Origin: a virus
Strand: one strand, 5' to 3'
Virus record (IMG/VR): IMGVR_UViG_3300045988_175441
Span: 9,959 to 73,958 of that record
Length of the DNA: 64,000 nucleotides
The position numbers were made by a program, and so were the translations under genes. The notes under the pieces were generated by a model. The model had not been told where the DNA came from, did not search any database, and worked only from the letters and a program-made list of their open reading frames with translations. Each line of letters begins with the position of its first letter. Position 1 is the first letter of the stretch. This document shows, one piece after another, positions 8,822-18,043 of the stretch.

Positions 8822-9664
8822 ATGAAAGTTGTCACTGTCTCTTCCCTTAAAGGGGGAGTAGGGAAATCCGACCTCTCAACAATAATAGCCGATTTCCTTT
8901 CATACTATGGTAGGGTTTTATTGATTGACGCAAATCGTCAAGGAGACACGTCTAAACGGTTTATCTATCAAGAAAACGAAGAAGGAAAAACTGTTGATAT
9001 TTCTTCTGAGGAAAATCTCTTTGAAAATATCTTCCGTAAAAAGCCTGTTGTTCCTTTGACTGTCAAAGACAACCTTGACCTACTTGTAGCTACTAAGAGC
9101 TTGAAAGAGGTCGAAGCTCACGTTGAACACATGGAACGTAAAAGTCCACTTATCTTCAAACGCTGGCTTAAACGTTCTAAACTGAAAGACTACTACAAGT
9201 ATGTAGTGATCGACACTCACAATAGCGAAGGTATCTTGCTTGATAACTTCTACCTAGCTAGTGACCTGTTAATCGCAGTTGCAGGTTCAGGGCGTTGCGA
9301 AATGGACGGAGCTATCGGTGTATATGACCGTGTAGAAGCTCTTAAAAATGATGATAACCTTGTCAATGATGATGACGAGCCTATCATGAAAGCTAAAGTC
9401 GTCTTTGTTGGGAACTTGCTTAAGTCTGGTGGTGGTTCTCATGGCGTTACTGCTACAAATGAATACCTAGAACAGACCAAGGATAATGAACTATTCATTA
9501 CTAATATCTGGGAGCGTAACATTTTCCGTGACGCAAGCGCAGAAAACAAAACGGTTTTTGACATTATGAAGCGCTCTAAGTATCGTAATAAAAGTTTTGA
9601 AAAATACTTTGCCAAGCTACAAGAAAGCCTTGAAACAATCAAGCACGCTATTGACGTAGCATAA
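8822..9664 (+). CDS. parA: ParA/Soj-type partition ATPase
   Basis: Deviant Walker A at the N-terminus: SSLKGGVGKSDLS. 280 aa, followed by a small DNA-binding protein gene. Confidence 0.85.
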   Translation: MKVVTVSSLKGGVGKSDLSTIIADFLSYYGRVLLIDANRQGDTSKRFIYQENEEGKTVDISSEENLFENIFRKKPVVPLTVKDNLDLLVATKSLKEVEAHVEHMERKSPLIFKRWLKRSKLKDYYKYVVIDTHNSEGILLDNFYLASDLLIAVAGSGRCEMDGAIGVYDRVEALKNDDNLVNDDDEPIMKAKVVFVGNLLKSGGGSHGVTATNEYLEQTKDNELFITNIWERNIFRDASAENKTVFDIMKRSKYRNKSFEKYFAKLQESLETIKHAIDVA

Positions 9665-9678
9665 ATTAAACATATTTT

Positions 9679-9694
9679 GATTATCATTTTGTGT
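9679..9694 (-). promoter_or_regulatory. Box copy (inverted) between parA and the RHH gene
   Basis: GATTATCATTTTGTGT is the reverse complement of ACACAAAATGATAATC. A degenerate forward copy, ACACAATAGAATAATC, sits at 9722-9737. Confidence 0.45.
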
Positions 9695-9784
9695 TGGGAT
9701 ATTATTTTTATAATCATTTCAACACAATAGAATAATCTTGAAACACTATTTTATAATTCAGAAATTAAGAAAGAGGAAATTAAA

Positions 9785-10333
9785 ATGGCATTTAAACTAC
9801 CAACTAAACAACCTACTAAAACAAACAAGAGAATTGTCTTGGACGCTATTGATACAGACGAACCAACACCTGTTGAAGCTCCTAAGAAGAAAGTTGCTAA
9901 GAAACCTGCTAAAAAGAAAGCAGAAGCGAAGAAAGAGCCTGTTGTAGAAACTACAGAGCAGACCAACACTTTCTTCCATAAGCTCCAAATTAGTGAGCCT
10001 AAACATGAAAAACTTTCAACAAATATCTCAGACGCAAACTTGCGTAAGCTAGAGCGTCTGATTAAAGCAGGTTGCCAAAACAAATCTAAGGCAATCGGAG
10101 CAATCCTTGACGCTTTTGACGTGGATAAGGCTATTGAAGAACCTACATTCTTTGTAAAGAACACCATCACGAACGATTCACGCCACAATCGTCTCAATAT
10201 CTCCATGACACCTTCTCAACGTGAGAAGCTAATGCGTGTAGCTCATGCAGGACTTGGAAATATTGCCCTTGCGTTCTCATGTATCTTGAACGCCTTTGAC
10301 GTGGAAGAAGCCTTGAAGAATATGGAAGAATAA
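9785..10333 (+). CDS. Centromere-binding or regulator candidate: Lys-rich N-tail plus two tandem ribbon-helix-helix units in one chain
   Basis: Internal duplication: KLSTNISDANLRKLERLIKAG..KSKAIGAILDAFDVDKAIEE versus RLNISMTPSQREKLMRVAHAG..NIALAFSCILNAFDVEEALKN. Each unit follows a beta-strand, helix, helix pattern. Sits in the ParB/ParG position after parA. Confidence 0.6.
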   Translation: MAFKLPTKQPTKTNKRIVLDAIDTDEPTPVEAPKKKVAKKPAKKKAEAKKEPVVETTEQTNTFFHKLQISEPKHEKLSTNISDANLRKLERLIKAGCQNKSKAIGAILDAFDVDKAIEEPTFFVKNTITNDSRHNRLNISMTPSQREKLMRVAHAGLGNIALAFSCILNAFDVEEALKNMEE

Positions 10334-10359
10334 GCTAGATTATTTTCTAGCTTATTTTT

Positions 10360-10374
10360 ATTATCTTTTTGTGT
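10360..10374 (-). promoter_or_regulatory. Box copy (inverted) downstream of the RHH gene
   Basis: ATTATCTTTTTGTGT is the reverse complement of ACACAAAAAGATAAT. Confidence 0.45.
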
Positions 10375-10426
10375 TACTGGACACCTTTTTATGTGTTTAT
10401 GTATTATTTTTACGTTTTAAGAAATT

Positions 10427-10456
10427 AAAAAAACGTGTTATAAAACACGCTTTTTT
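10427..10456. terminator. Bidirectional terminator between convergent genes
   Basis: CGTGTT-ATAA-AACACG hairpin with an A-run on the left and a T-run on the right. Confidence 0.65.
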
Positions 10457-10832
10457 AATTCCCTGAAATAATCTTCCCTGTTGCTGAATCGAAGTCTATT
10501 TTCAGTTCTTTCAAATATTTCTTGACGGTTGGCTCTTGGACGTTGAGCGCCATAGCAATCTGAGCAACACTCTTAAAGCTACCCTTCTTAACACCTGCAA
10601 GTAAGGCTGTCTGTCGGTCAGATTTCCCCATAGATGATGATAAGCCCATGTTTGACTGAGCGTTCCGTAAACCTGTTCCTCTTGACGCTTCTCTTGAATA
10701 ATCGGCAATTTCTCTACTAGACATGACCTTACGCTCGCTTCTACGAGTGATGACGCTTGGATCATACGTTGTCACGACCTCGCCTGTACTTGTACTACTC
10801 TTTTTGAAAAAATCGTTAGGATTGTACCCCAT
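10455..10832 (-). CDS. Small protein with C-terminal helix-turn-helix
   Basis: C-terminus SVAQIAMALNVQEPTVKKYLKEL resembles a sigma-region-4/LuxR-type HTH. Confidence 0.55.
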   Translation of the reverse strand: MGYNPNDFFKKSSTSTGEVVTTYDPSVITRRSERKVMSSREIADYSREASRGTGLRNAQSNMGLSSSMGKSDRQTALLAGVKKGSFKSVAQIAMALNVQEPTVKKYLKELKIDFDSATGKIISGN

Positions 10833-10980
10833 TTTTTGAACTCCTTATTTTGTTTGAGACTATTTTATCATTTTTCGATAATTTTTTCAAGAATATTTTT
10901 TCTTAAAATGCTGATTTTTCAAAGGACTTTTGGTATAATAGTTGTGAATAATAATTTATTTTAACAAACAAAGGAGCAAC

Positions 10981-11232
10981 ATGGAAACAGAATACATTGA
11001 GAAATTGATTGAGTTTGCTTGTAACCGTATCATGACTGACCTGAAAGAAGGGAAGTTTACTGCCTACTTTATAGCGCAACAAATCGGTATTACTCGCAAG
11101 TCTGTCCTACACTTAGTAGAGAACGGTTGGGAGCAAGCACGATACAGTACGATTACTGGCTTGATTGAGTTTTACGAAAAACACTATGGAGTTATCAGTC
11201 TCCCTAAAACTGATGAAGATTACAAACTATAA
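10981..11232 (+). CDS. Small HTH protein (XRE-like)
   Basis: FTAYFIAQQIGITRKSVLHLVENG. Lies directly upstream of the coupling-protein gene. Confidence 0.55.
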   Translation: METEYIEKLIEFACNRIMTDLKEGKFTAYFIAQQIGITRKSVLHLVENGWEQARYSTITGLIEFYEKHYGVISLPKTDEDYKL

Positions 11233-11241
11233 GGAGTACCT

Positions 11242-13872
11242 ATGAGTTCCAAAAGTTCAAAGAAGAAAAAGAAAAAGAAACTACAGAGGTATTACAAGAA
11301 CGGTAAGAACGTTTATCCTTACGCAAAGGCTTCTAGGTTTTTGTGGGGTTCAGGATTTACCGTTACTATCCTTGCAGGGTTAATCGTAGCAACCCAACTG
11401 ATACTGTTCCTGTTACAAAAACTAGCCTTAATGATTCAGGGGGTAGTAGGATTTAATAGTAAGCTAGGTAAAAACCTAGACAACTTTATCTACATAAAAC
11501 TACCTTTGGGTGGGATTTTAAAACCCTTATTGGCTGTCCTGCTGTTTATTGTTCTTGCTTATCTGGTAACTATTGCCTTACGTCATCACGAAGGAGAACT
11601 ACAGCCCTTTAAAGACGATAACATGGCTAGAGCTATCCGTAGAGACGTTATCAAAAACCTAGAGCTAAACGTACTGGACTATGACGACAAAGGCAAGATC
11701 AAGAACTCTAAACAGGATATAAAAGCTCGTGAGATATTAAGACGTATGGCTATTGAAGTCCATACCAGAAAAGAAGTAAACGGAAGTGACTTTCTTTCAA
11801 TCGCAACCGTCAAGATCGAACGACCAAAAAACAAGGCTATCCGTAAAGTGCTTGAAGGCACGTTCTTTAAGGACTTACCTAGTGAGTTGACTTTTGCGAC
11901 AGAGGAGCTGTTTGCCTTCTCAGAACGCTTGACTGAAAAAGAGTTCTATTTCTTTGAAGCGAAGGCTATCGTAACCGAAGAATACGTCTATAAGATTGAG
12001 GAAGCGCAGAAGAAACTACAAGAAGCTCTTGGCAAAGGTAAAAAGTCTGGCAATGGTTCTGATGAAGTTGAAATTGTTGATACAGGTATTTTCACAAAAG
12101 AAAAAGCCTCTTGGGATATTGAGGTTCTGTACGATAAGAAACTACAAGAAAAGATCGAAGAACAAACCAAACTTGCAAATGAAGAAGTCGCAAACCTCTA
12201 TCTTTCACTTGAAACCTTTATCAGTTCTAACGAAAAAGTAAACCTGCAATTTGTTAGTATGAGAGCAACAAACTCTAACGCTCAATTTACTTACACGAAG
12301 CCAAAAGGTGTAAATAACATGGGTACAGAGCAGATGAAGGAGAACTTGGAAAGTGACTTGGGTAAGCAGGATATAAATATTACTCTAAGAGCAGGTCAGA
12401 TTATCATTCAGATTCCACTTGATAATAAGATTACTGCTGACGCTTACACCAACTTTATGAAAGCCTTTTTTGGCAAGAAAGACTTGCCACCACTACAAGC
12501 CTTAGTTGGGGTTGATACAGAAGGTGCACCAAGAACTTATGACCTTGCGACAGCTCCACATATCCTGACAGCAGGTACAACTGGTTCTGGTAAGTCGGTT
12601 GGTATCAACATGATTTATTTGTCTATCATCTTGCGTAATAGCCCTGATGTTGTTAAATTCATCATCATTGATCCGAAGAAAACAGAGTTTACACCTTACA
12701 AGCGAAGCCCTTATCTCTATACAGACGTTATTACAGATATGGACGGTGCTAAAAATGCCTTTAATGCTGTTGTAACTGAAATGGAGCGAAGAAATAGCTT
12801 GTTTGAGGAAATTGGGGTTCGTAATCTACAGACCTACAACCAGAAAGTATCTCCTGAAAAGAGAGAGCCTTACCTTATCCTGATTGCAGACGAGGTAGCA
12901 GACCTTATCATGACAAACGGAGACGAGGTAGAGGATTCAATGCAACGTCTAGGTCAAAAAGCCCGTTCAGCAGGTATCTTGATTCACATTGCAACTCAGA
13001 CACCACGAGCTGATATTATCAAGGGTAAAATTAAGGCTAACTTGCCTTCTCAGATTGTCTATAAGGTTGCTAACAGCATTGAAAGTGATATTGCGATTGG
13101 AGAATCAGGAGCAGAACGCTTGCTTGGTAAAGGAGACACTTACGTTAAGTGGTCGGATAACCCTAACCTTGTTCGTGTTCAAGGTGTATTCCTGACAGAT
13201 GAAAATATCAATGACATTATTGATTCAACGATTCAAAAATATCCTGATGAACGTTACTACAATGAACGTGTACCTATGGACGCTTTTGAAGATGGATTCA
13301 TCAAACCTAAAGAACTTGGGGATATTTCAAAAGGTTCAGTTTATCGCTACGCCATCAAGCACCAAAAAAGTCCTGTCATAGACGAGGACATGGACGAGCA
13401 GGACATAGTTATTCCTAGCCAAGAAAAGCCAAAGGGTACACCTGCTATTGCTTCTGCTCAACCTTACGAAACAACGAGTGTTCACAAAGAGAGTTTTGAG
13501 GAGTACAGGAAGCGTTATGAAGAAAAGAACGCCCAAACTGCCCTAGAGCTAGATGACATACTAGGCACTCGAAAGCGCAAAGTAGAAGCCTTGATAAACC
13601 AGATGAACCTTGATAAAGAAAAAGAACAGGAACAGGAGCAAGAAAAGGAAATTCCACAACTAGATCATGAGGTGGAAGAAGCGATTGAGGAACGTGTCTC
13701 ACATACTGAGCCTGAGCCTACAACACCTGTTGACAAGGAAGCTATTGCTAATGAACTCTATCCTGATGGCACTACTCCAACCGAAGAAGTGAAGAAGGAT
13801 AACTCAATCCTTCCTAAACCAATTCCGAAGGATTGGAAGTTCAGAAAAACTGGAAATAGAGGGAAAATGTAG
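11242..13872 (+). CDS. FtsK/SpoIIIE-family DNA translocase, putative conjugative coupling protein (TcpA/Orf21-like)
   Basis: N-terminal TM helices, Walker A AGTTGSGKSVGIN and Walker B YLILIADEVADL. 876 aa with an acidic C-tail. Confidence 0.8.
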   Translation: MSSKSSKKKKKKKLQRYYKNGKNVYPYAKASRFLWGSGFTVTILAGLIVATQLILFLLQKLALMIQGVVGFNSKLGKNLDNFIYIKLPLGGILKPLLAVLLFIVLAYLVTIALRHHEGELQPFKDDNMARAIRRDVIKNLELNVLDYDDKGKIKNSKQDIKAREILRRMAIEVHTRKEVNGSDFLSIATVKIERPKNKAIRKVLEGTFFKDLPSELTFATEELFAFSERLTEKEFYFFEAKAIVTEEYVYKIEEAQKKLQEALGKGKKSGNGSDEVEIVDTGIFTKEKASWDIEVLYDKKLQEKIEEQTKLANEEVANLYLSLETFISSNEKVNLQFVSMRATNSNAQFTYTKPKGVNNMGTEQMKENLESDLGKQDINITLRAGQIIIQIPLDNKITADAYTNFMKAFFGKKDLPPLQALVGVDTEGAPRTYDLATAPHILTAGTTGSGKSVGINMIYLSIILRNSPDVVKFIIIDPKKTEFTPYKRSPYLYTDVITDMDGAKNAFNAVVTEMERRNSLFEEIGVRNLQTYNQKVSPEKREPYLILIADEVADLIMTNGDEVEDSMQRLGQKARSAGILIHIATQTPRADIIKGKIKANLPSQIVYKVANSIESDIAIGESGAERLLGKGDTYVKWSDNPNLVRVQGVFLTDENINDIIDSTIQKYPDERYYNERVPMDAFEDGFIKPKELGDISKGSVYRYAIKHQKSPVIDEDMDEQDIVIPSQEKPKGTPAIASAQPYETTSVHKESFEEYRKRYEEKNAQTALELDDILGTRKRKVEALINQMNLDKEKEQEQEQEKEIPQLDHEVEEAIEERVSHTEPEPTTPVDKEAIANELYPDGTTPTEEVKKDNSILPKPIPKDWKFRKTGNRGKM

Positions 13873-13905
13873 TGTTTCACATGAAATTAGGAGAATTAAG
13901 AAAGT

Positions 13906-14577
13906 ATGAATAGACTAAAATTACTTTGGTTGAGGGTTGACCTTTGGTTCAACCCCTACAAGTACAATGAGGAAGGTATAAAAGCCCTCTATGCTCACAA
14001 GAATCCTAAAGAAAAGGTCAAAGGGCTTAGCAAACAGCAAGTAGTGGATAGCAACATGATTGCTCTTAATATCACTACTGTTGATAGACCTATTGAACTG
14101 GCTAATGGTATTAAGGAGCTTGAAAGCAGACCTTTTGATAATGGTATTTACTACCACGATAACCATTACCATCAATACCTAATCAAGTATGACAAGGGTT
14201 CTGGTAAAAGATACCAAGCACGAAACGGTAGCAAGCGTAGTCGCTATAAGAAACACTTGAAAATCTATCCTAAGAACGTAGCTCGCTATGATCTTACACA
14301 TATCAATTCTATTGGATTCCACGGAGACGAAACCTTCTGTATCGGTTTTGACAGCAAACTCAACCAAGAGGACATGAATAGGTTTGAGGAAAAGGTAAGA
14401 GCTGTCAACAACAAACAGCCTATTTACTGGTTTACGGATATTCAACTACAGGAAGATTATTCTGCTGTTTGGGTAGCAACCATTGTTTCCTTAGACGGAG
14501 AAATCCTGCTCCAAGAGATATTTCATGATCACTCTAATTTCCATTGGGAAATTGAGTGGAAACGTAAGGTGGGATAA
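13906..14577 (+). CDS. Hypothetical protein, 223 aa, with an HDNHYH (HUH-like) histidine cluster
   Basis: ORF directly after the coupling protein. Contains YYHDNHYHQYLI, plus several Tyr in the first 30 aa. Function is not established. Confidence 0.6.
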   Translation: MNRLKLLWLRVDLWFNPYKYNEEGIKALYAHKNPKEKVKGLSKQQVVDSNMIALNITTVDRPIELANGIKELESRPFDNGIYYHDNHYHQYLIKYDKGSGKRYQARNGSKRSRYKKHLKIYPKNVARYDLTHINSIGFHGDETFCIGFDSKLNQEDMNRFEEKVRAVNNKQPIYWFTDIQLQEDYSAVWVATIVSLDGEILLQEIFHDHSNFHWEIEWKRKVG

Positions 14578-14975
14578 TGCAAGAGACCTACGACAAAAAA
14601 GCCAATGTTTTCTGTAAGGTTCGTATGCTCAATGGCACGCGCCTTACTTATCAATTCCCTAACGACCTGAGAAAAGCTATGCTACAGTCTTATCACGAAG
14701 GGAACTTAAAAGAAATCCTGAACGGAGCTTTAATCAATGTTCCTACGACCAAGTACAATAAAAAAGGGCAAGCAACCCTTCACTTAGGAAAGATTACGCA
14801 GGTTTTCATAGCAACTCATAAAAGCAGATGGCGTACCAGAGGACAATTCCTGACAAGTGATAACTGGCAGGGAGAACTTAATAAAGCAGATATTCGATTC
14901 TTACTACACGACCACTCTTTCTTGAATAAAGTCAGGATTCGTCTGGACTTGTTCAAGTGGAGAAGTCGCTTATAA
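14577..14975 (+). CDS. Hypothetical basic protein, 132 aa
   Basis: Start overlaps the preceding stop (ATAATG). Confidence 0.6.
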   Translation: MQETYDKKANVFCKVRMLNGTRLTYQFPNDLRKAMLQSYHEGNLKEILNGALINVPTTKYNKKGQATLHLGKITQVFIATHKSRWRTRGQFLTSDNWQGELNKADIRFLLHDHSFLNKVRIRLDLFKWRSRL

Positions 14976-14985
14976 ATAAAAAAAG

Positions 14986-15016
14986 GCATATTATAGATTA
15001 TTTAATATGCTTTTTT
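14986..15016 (+). terminator. Rho-independent terminator
   Basis: GCATATTA/TAATATGC 8-bp stem followed by T6. Confidence 0.75.
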
Positions 15017-15089
15017 CTTTCCTACCCCTTTATCTTATAAAGGTTTTATGTTATAATGAGTTTAAATAAAATTGAAAGGAGTTCGCTAT

Positions 15090-15500
15090 ATGTTGGATTT
15101 TGTTCACAACCGTAAAAAGGTTATGGAAATTATGGCAGAGGACGCTCTAACAACTATGGACTTGTTAGAAAAGGTCAAGGCAGATACAAAACACCTTGGC
15201 TCTTTCGCAGGAGACGGTTTGCTCATTCCACCACCTGCAACAAGCTATGTTATCAACAAAGCTCTTGCTGTTTTGAATATGGATCAAAAAGACCTTATCA
15301 AAAACGCAGATGGATTGGATTCTGTTTCTAACTCAGCTAAAGAGGTCAAAGAAAGTATCCGTCTTATCACTACTGATTCTGATGACGTTGCCCTTGTCTC
15401 AGAAGAAGTATTCACAGTCATTTTTGACTATCTAACTGACGCTGTTCAGTCATTCGCCCAAAGTCTTGAAGATTTCGGACAAGAAAATAACAAAGAATAG
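15090..15500 (+). CDS. Hypothetical acidic protein, 136 aa
   Basis: ATG at 15090 lies 8 nt after AAAGGAG; the track start at 15072 is a TTG inside the SD. TGTTATAAT promoter at about 15047. Confidence 0.6.
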   Translation: MLDFVHNRKKVMEIMAEDALTTMDLLEKVKADTKHLGSFAGDGLLIPPPATSYVINKALAVLNMDQKDLIKNADGLDSVSNSAKEVKESIRLITTDSDDVALVSEEVFTVIFDYLTDAVQSFAQSLEDFGQENNKE

Positions 15501-15536
15501 AAAGTCTTTCACTATTAGTAACTATCAGTAAAAAAG

Positions 15537-15571
15537 CAACTATTTCTGGGAAGAAGTAGTTGCTTTTTTTA
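15537..15571 (+). terminator. Rho-independent terminator
   Basis: GCAACTATTTC/GAAGTAGTTGC stem followed by T7. Confidence 0.75.
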
Positions 15572-15589
15572 CACCCTCTAATTAGCCCC

Positions 15590-15650
15590 TAAAATCGCCT
15601 GTACGCCCTTTTAAGAAAAAGTGGTACATTTTATCGACTATACAAAAAAA
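15590..15650. repeat. Dispersed intergenic repeat, partial copy D
   Basis: CCTAAAATCGCCTGTACGCCCTTTTAAGAAAAAGTGGTACA aligns with 59417-59460 and 60090-60135. Confidence 0.45.
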
Positions 15651-15800
15651 TCCCCTTCTGGAGCAACAGAGGGGCAAATAAAGCGTGCCTAGATGAACAA
15701 CAACGATTTTTTAGAATAGGTCGCTTTTTTTATTTTTTAAGTTCCACAAGGACTATTATACCATAAAAAGCCTTTGAAATAAAGGGTTTATGATATTTTT

Positions 15801-16889
15801 TTAATAATATTTTGAGTTTTTTTGCACGTCATGAACAAGCTGTATCAAGCTGTGGTAGGCTTCTGCATTTTCTTCTTTAGCGTCAGTCAACTCCTGCGTT
15901 ACGCTTTCTACCCCTCGGCTTAGTAGATAGAGCTGTCCTAATTCGTTAAGAATACTGGTGTCTCCTTCTTCATGGATTGATTCAAGTCTAGCTTTTTCTT
16001 TCTCAACTACTTTTTTATAGTTGCCTAGAATCTCTAAGCATTGAGTGTGAGGTTTTAAAATGGTAAAATCTCCACCGTTCAAATAACTTTGATATTCTCC
16101 AAGTCCAAAATCACCTTCAAGCAATTCTCTGCCTAAAATCATAGCCATTAAAGAGTGGCTAGAAACAATTAGAAAACTTTTGCCTAAGTTTAATAGCTCC
16201 TGAATATAGTTTTCATGAGCTATTCTAAAATCTTTGTCATAACTCTTTGAAGATACATCAAACTCTAAAATATAGGTCATTCTGAATGAAGCATTACTTA
16301 ATTTACACCTTGAACCATCTATCTTAGATATAGCTTTTTCGATTGGAGCTTTGTATTCTTCTGGGAAAGGCGCTCTCTCAAATCCAAAAACGTCCTCTCC
16401 CTCTAGGATAAAATCCTCTAATTTTAGCAAGGGGTGCAACAGAAATATAGGGGAGTAAATCCTCACTTGCTCAATTTCTTCCAACATATTTTCAAGTTGG
16501 ATTGCACCTGTACTCTTTACTTTGTCTCGTAGGTTCTCTAAGACTATCTCGTTGAACCTTATATTCGATTGATTGATTACTACAGCCTTGATGACGGTTG
16601 AAAAATAATCACGAAAAGCACGAAAATCTGACTGGCTATTGATAGTTTTACTTTTCGCCATTAAAACGATCATCAGGTCATTTTCGCTTTGTGAACCACT
16701 AACCAAGTCAAGCCTTCTCCATTGGCTATTCAATTCTTGGCTTTGACTTTCTGTTAGTACATTTTCTAAAGTCGCTTTTATTACGTCCAGTCTGCGTATG
16801 GCATCAAAATACATAGCAGTATGTTCAAATACATTGTAGGTTTCTTTTTGAAGCCTTTGAGTATATTCAACCTGAGTTTCCGTCAACAT
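15801..16889 (-). CDS. Paralogue family member 1 (362 aa, most divergent)
   Basis: Starts MLTETQ like its neighbours. Shares PEEYKAPIEKAISKI and ARLESIHEEGD..ILNELGQL blocks with them. Confidence 0.7.
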   Translation of the reverse strand: MLTETQVEYTQRLQKETYNVFEHTAMYFDAIRRLDVIKATLENVLTESQSQELNSQWRRLDLVSGSQSENDLMIVLMAKSKTINSQSDFRAFRDYFSTVIKAVVINQSNIRFNEIVLENLRDKVKSTGAIQLENMLEEIEQVRIYSPIFLLHPLLKLEDFILEGEDVFGFERAPFPEEYKAPIEKAISKIDGSRCKLSNASFRMTYILEFDVSSKSYDKDFRIAHENYIQELLNLGKSFLIVSSHSLMAMILGRELLEGDFGLGEYQSYLNGGDFTILKPHTQCLEILGNYKKVVEKEKARLESIHEEGDTSILNELGQLYLLSRGVESVTQELTDAKEENAEAYHSLIQLVHDVQKNSKYY

Positions 16890-16910
16890 ATTAGACTTCC
16901 CCCTGTTTTA

Positions 16911-18011
16911 TTAGATTCTAGCCACTTCTAGCAATTTTTCTTTCAGAACTGTCAAACACTCCAAGTAATAACGAGGACACATTTCTGCCATTTTTAACAC
17001 AGTTTCCAGTTGATAGGCAAGTGCGCTAAGTGTTTCAATACCAATATCAAACTTACTGTCATTTTTTTCTTCACGTTCTGCTTCTAAACGTTGGAGTTCT
17101 TTTTTTGTAGATTTGTATAATGATTCAAGTTCATTTGCGTTAGTTCTGTATGACAACATAAACTTGTCATGTTCTGCGTTTAAAGTTAATTTTGCAAAGA
17201 CAAAAATACTACTTTGTCCATTGATAAGACGCTCAATTTTTTCACAAATTACTTGAATATCACTACATACCGTTGAACTTTCCTGATTTACCTTTTGGAT
17301 AGTGGCGTAAGAATTACTGTAGGCATTTTTAAAATCTTTTGAATAGATTTTATCTTGAAGGTCATCTTCTGAGGGCATATTCTTAGTGGCAACATAGGCA
17401 AGCTCCATATCATTATACACCTCTCTCATGCTCTTAGAAATGGCTTCAAACTCAGGATTGTATTTATCAGGGATAGCATAATCAGGGTAATCAAAAAATG
17501 GTCGTAGTCCTTCAATATCACTTTCTAGTTCTACCAAAGGCGTAATAATGTTGTTATTAAGAACACCAAACATTTCAAATAACTCTGTCAGGTTATTTGA
17601 TAAGTATTCTTTTGCGTCCGTACCATCAACCCTTTTCAAAACATCTTCAACTATTTCAATGTTTTCGTTAAGATTTTTACGAGTTTCATAGACTTTATTT
17701 AATACCTCTGAATAGGTAAGGCGTAAATCAGAATAATCTAGTTTACTTGTGAGAAAATGGGCTTTTTGCCTTAATTCGTCAATATAATTATTTACCTTAT
17801 TGAGATTAGTTGGTGCGATTGCAGTATTTTTCCATTTAATATACAATTCTGCTAATAATTTATCCTTATCTTCTTCAAATAACAATGAGTGCTTAAAACA
17901 ATCTGGGTAAAGAAGAAGTTTATAAAAATAATCGTCATTACTAATATCTACTAGTCTTTTAAAAGCACTTGCTAACTCTTGGATTTTTTCTTCTTGTTGT
18001 TCAGTAAGCAT
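16911..18011 (-). CDS. Paralogue family member 2 (366 aa)
   Basis: Collinear similarity to 18044..19159 by eye, for example TVCSDIQ and KKELQRLEAEREEKNDSKFDIGIETL. Confidence 0.75.
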   Translation of the reverse strand: MLTEQQEEKIQELASAFKRLVDISNDDYFYKLLLYPDCFKHSLLFEEDKDKLLAELYIKWKNTAIAPTNLNKVNNYIDELRQKAHFLTSKLDYSDLRLTYSEVLNKVYETRKNLNENIEIVEDVLKRVDGTDAKEYLSNNLTELFEMFGVLNNNIITPLVELESDIEGLRPFFDYPDYAIPDKYNPEFEAISKSMREVYNDMELAYVATKNMPSEDDLQDKIYSKDFKNAYSNSYATIQKVNQESSTVCSDIQVICEKIERLINGQSSIFVFAKLTLNAEHDKFMLSYRTNANELESLYKSTKKELQRLEAEREEKNDSKFDIGIETLSALAYQLETVLKMAEMCPRYYLECLTVLKEKLLEVARI

Positions 18012-18043
18012 AATTTTACTCTACTTTCTTTCCTGTATATCCT

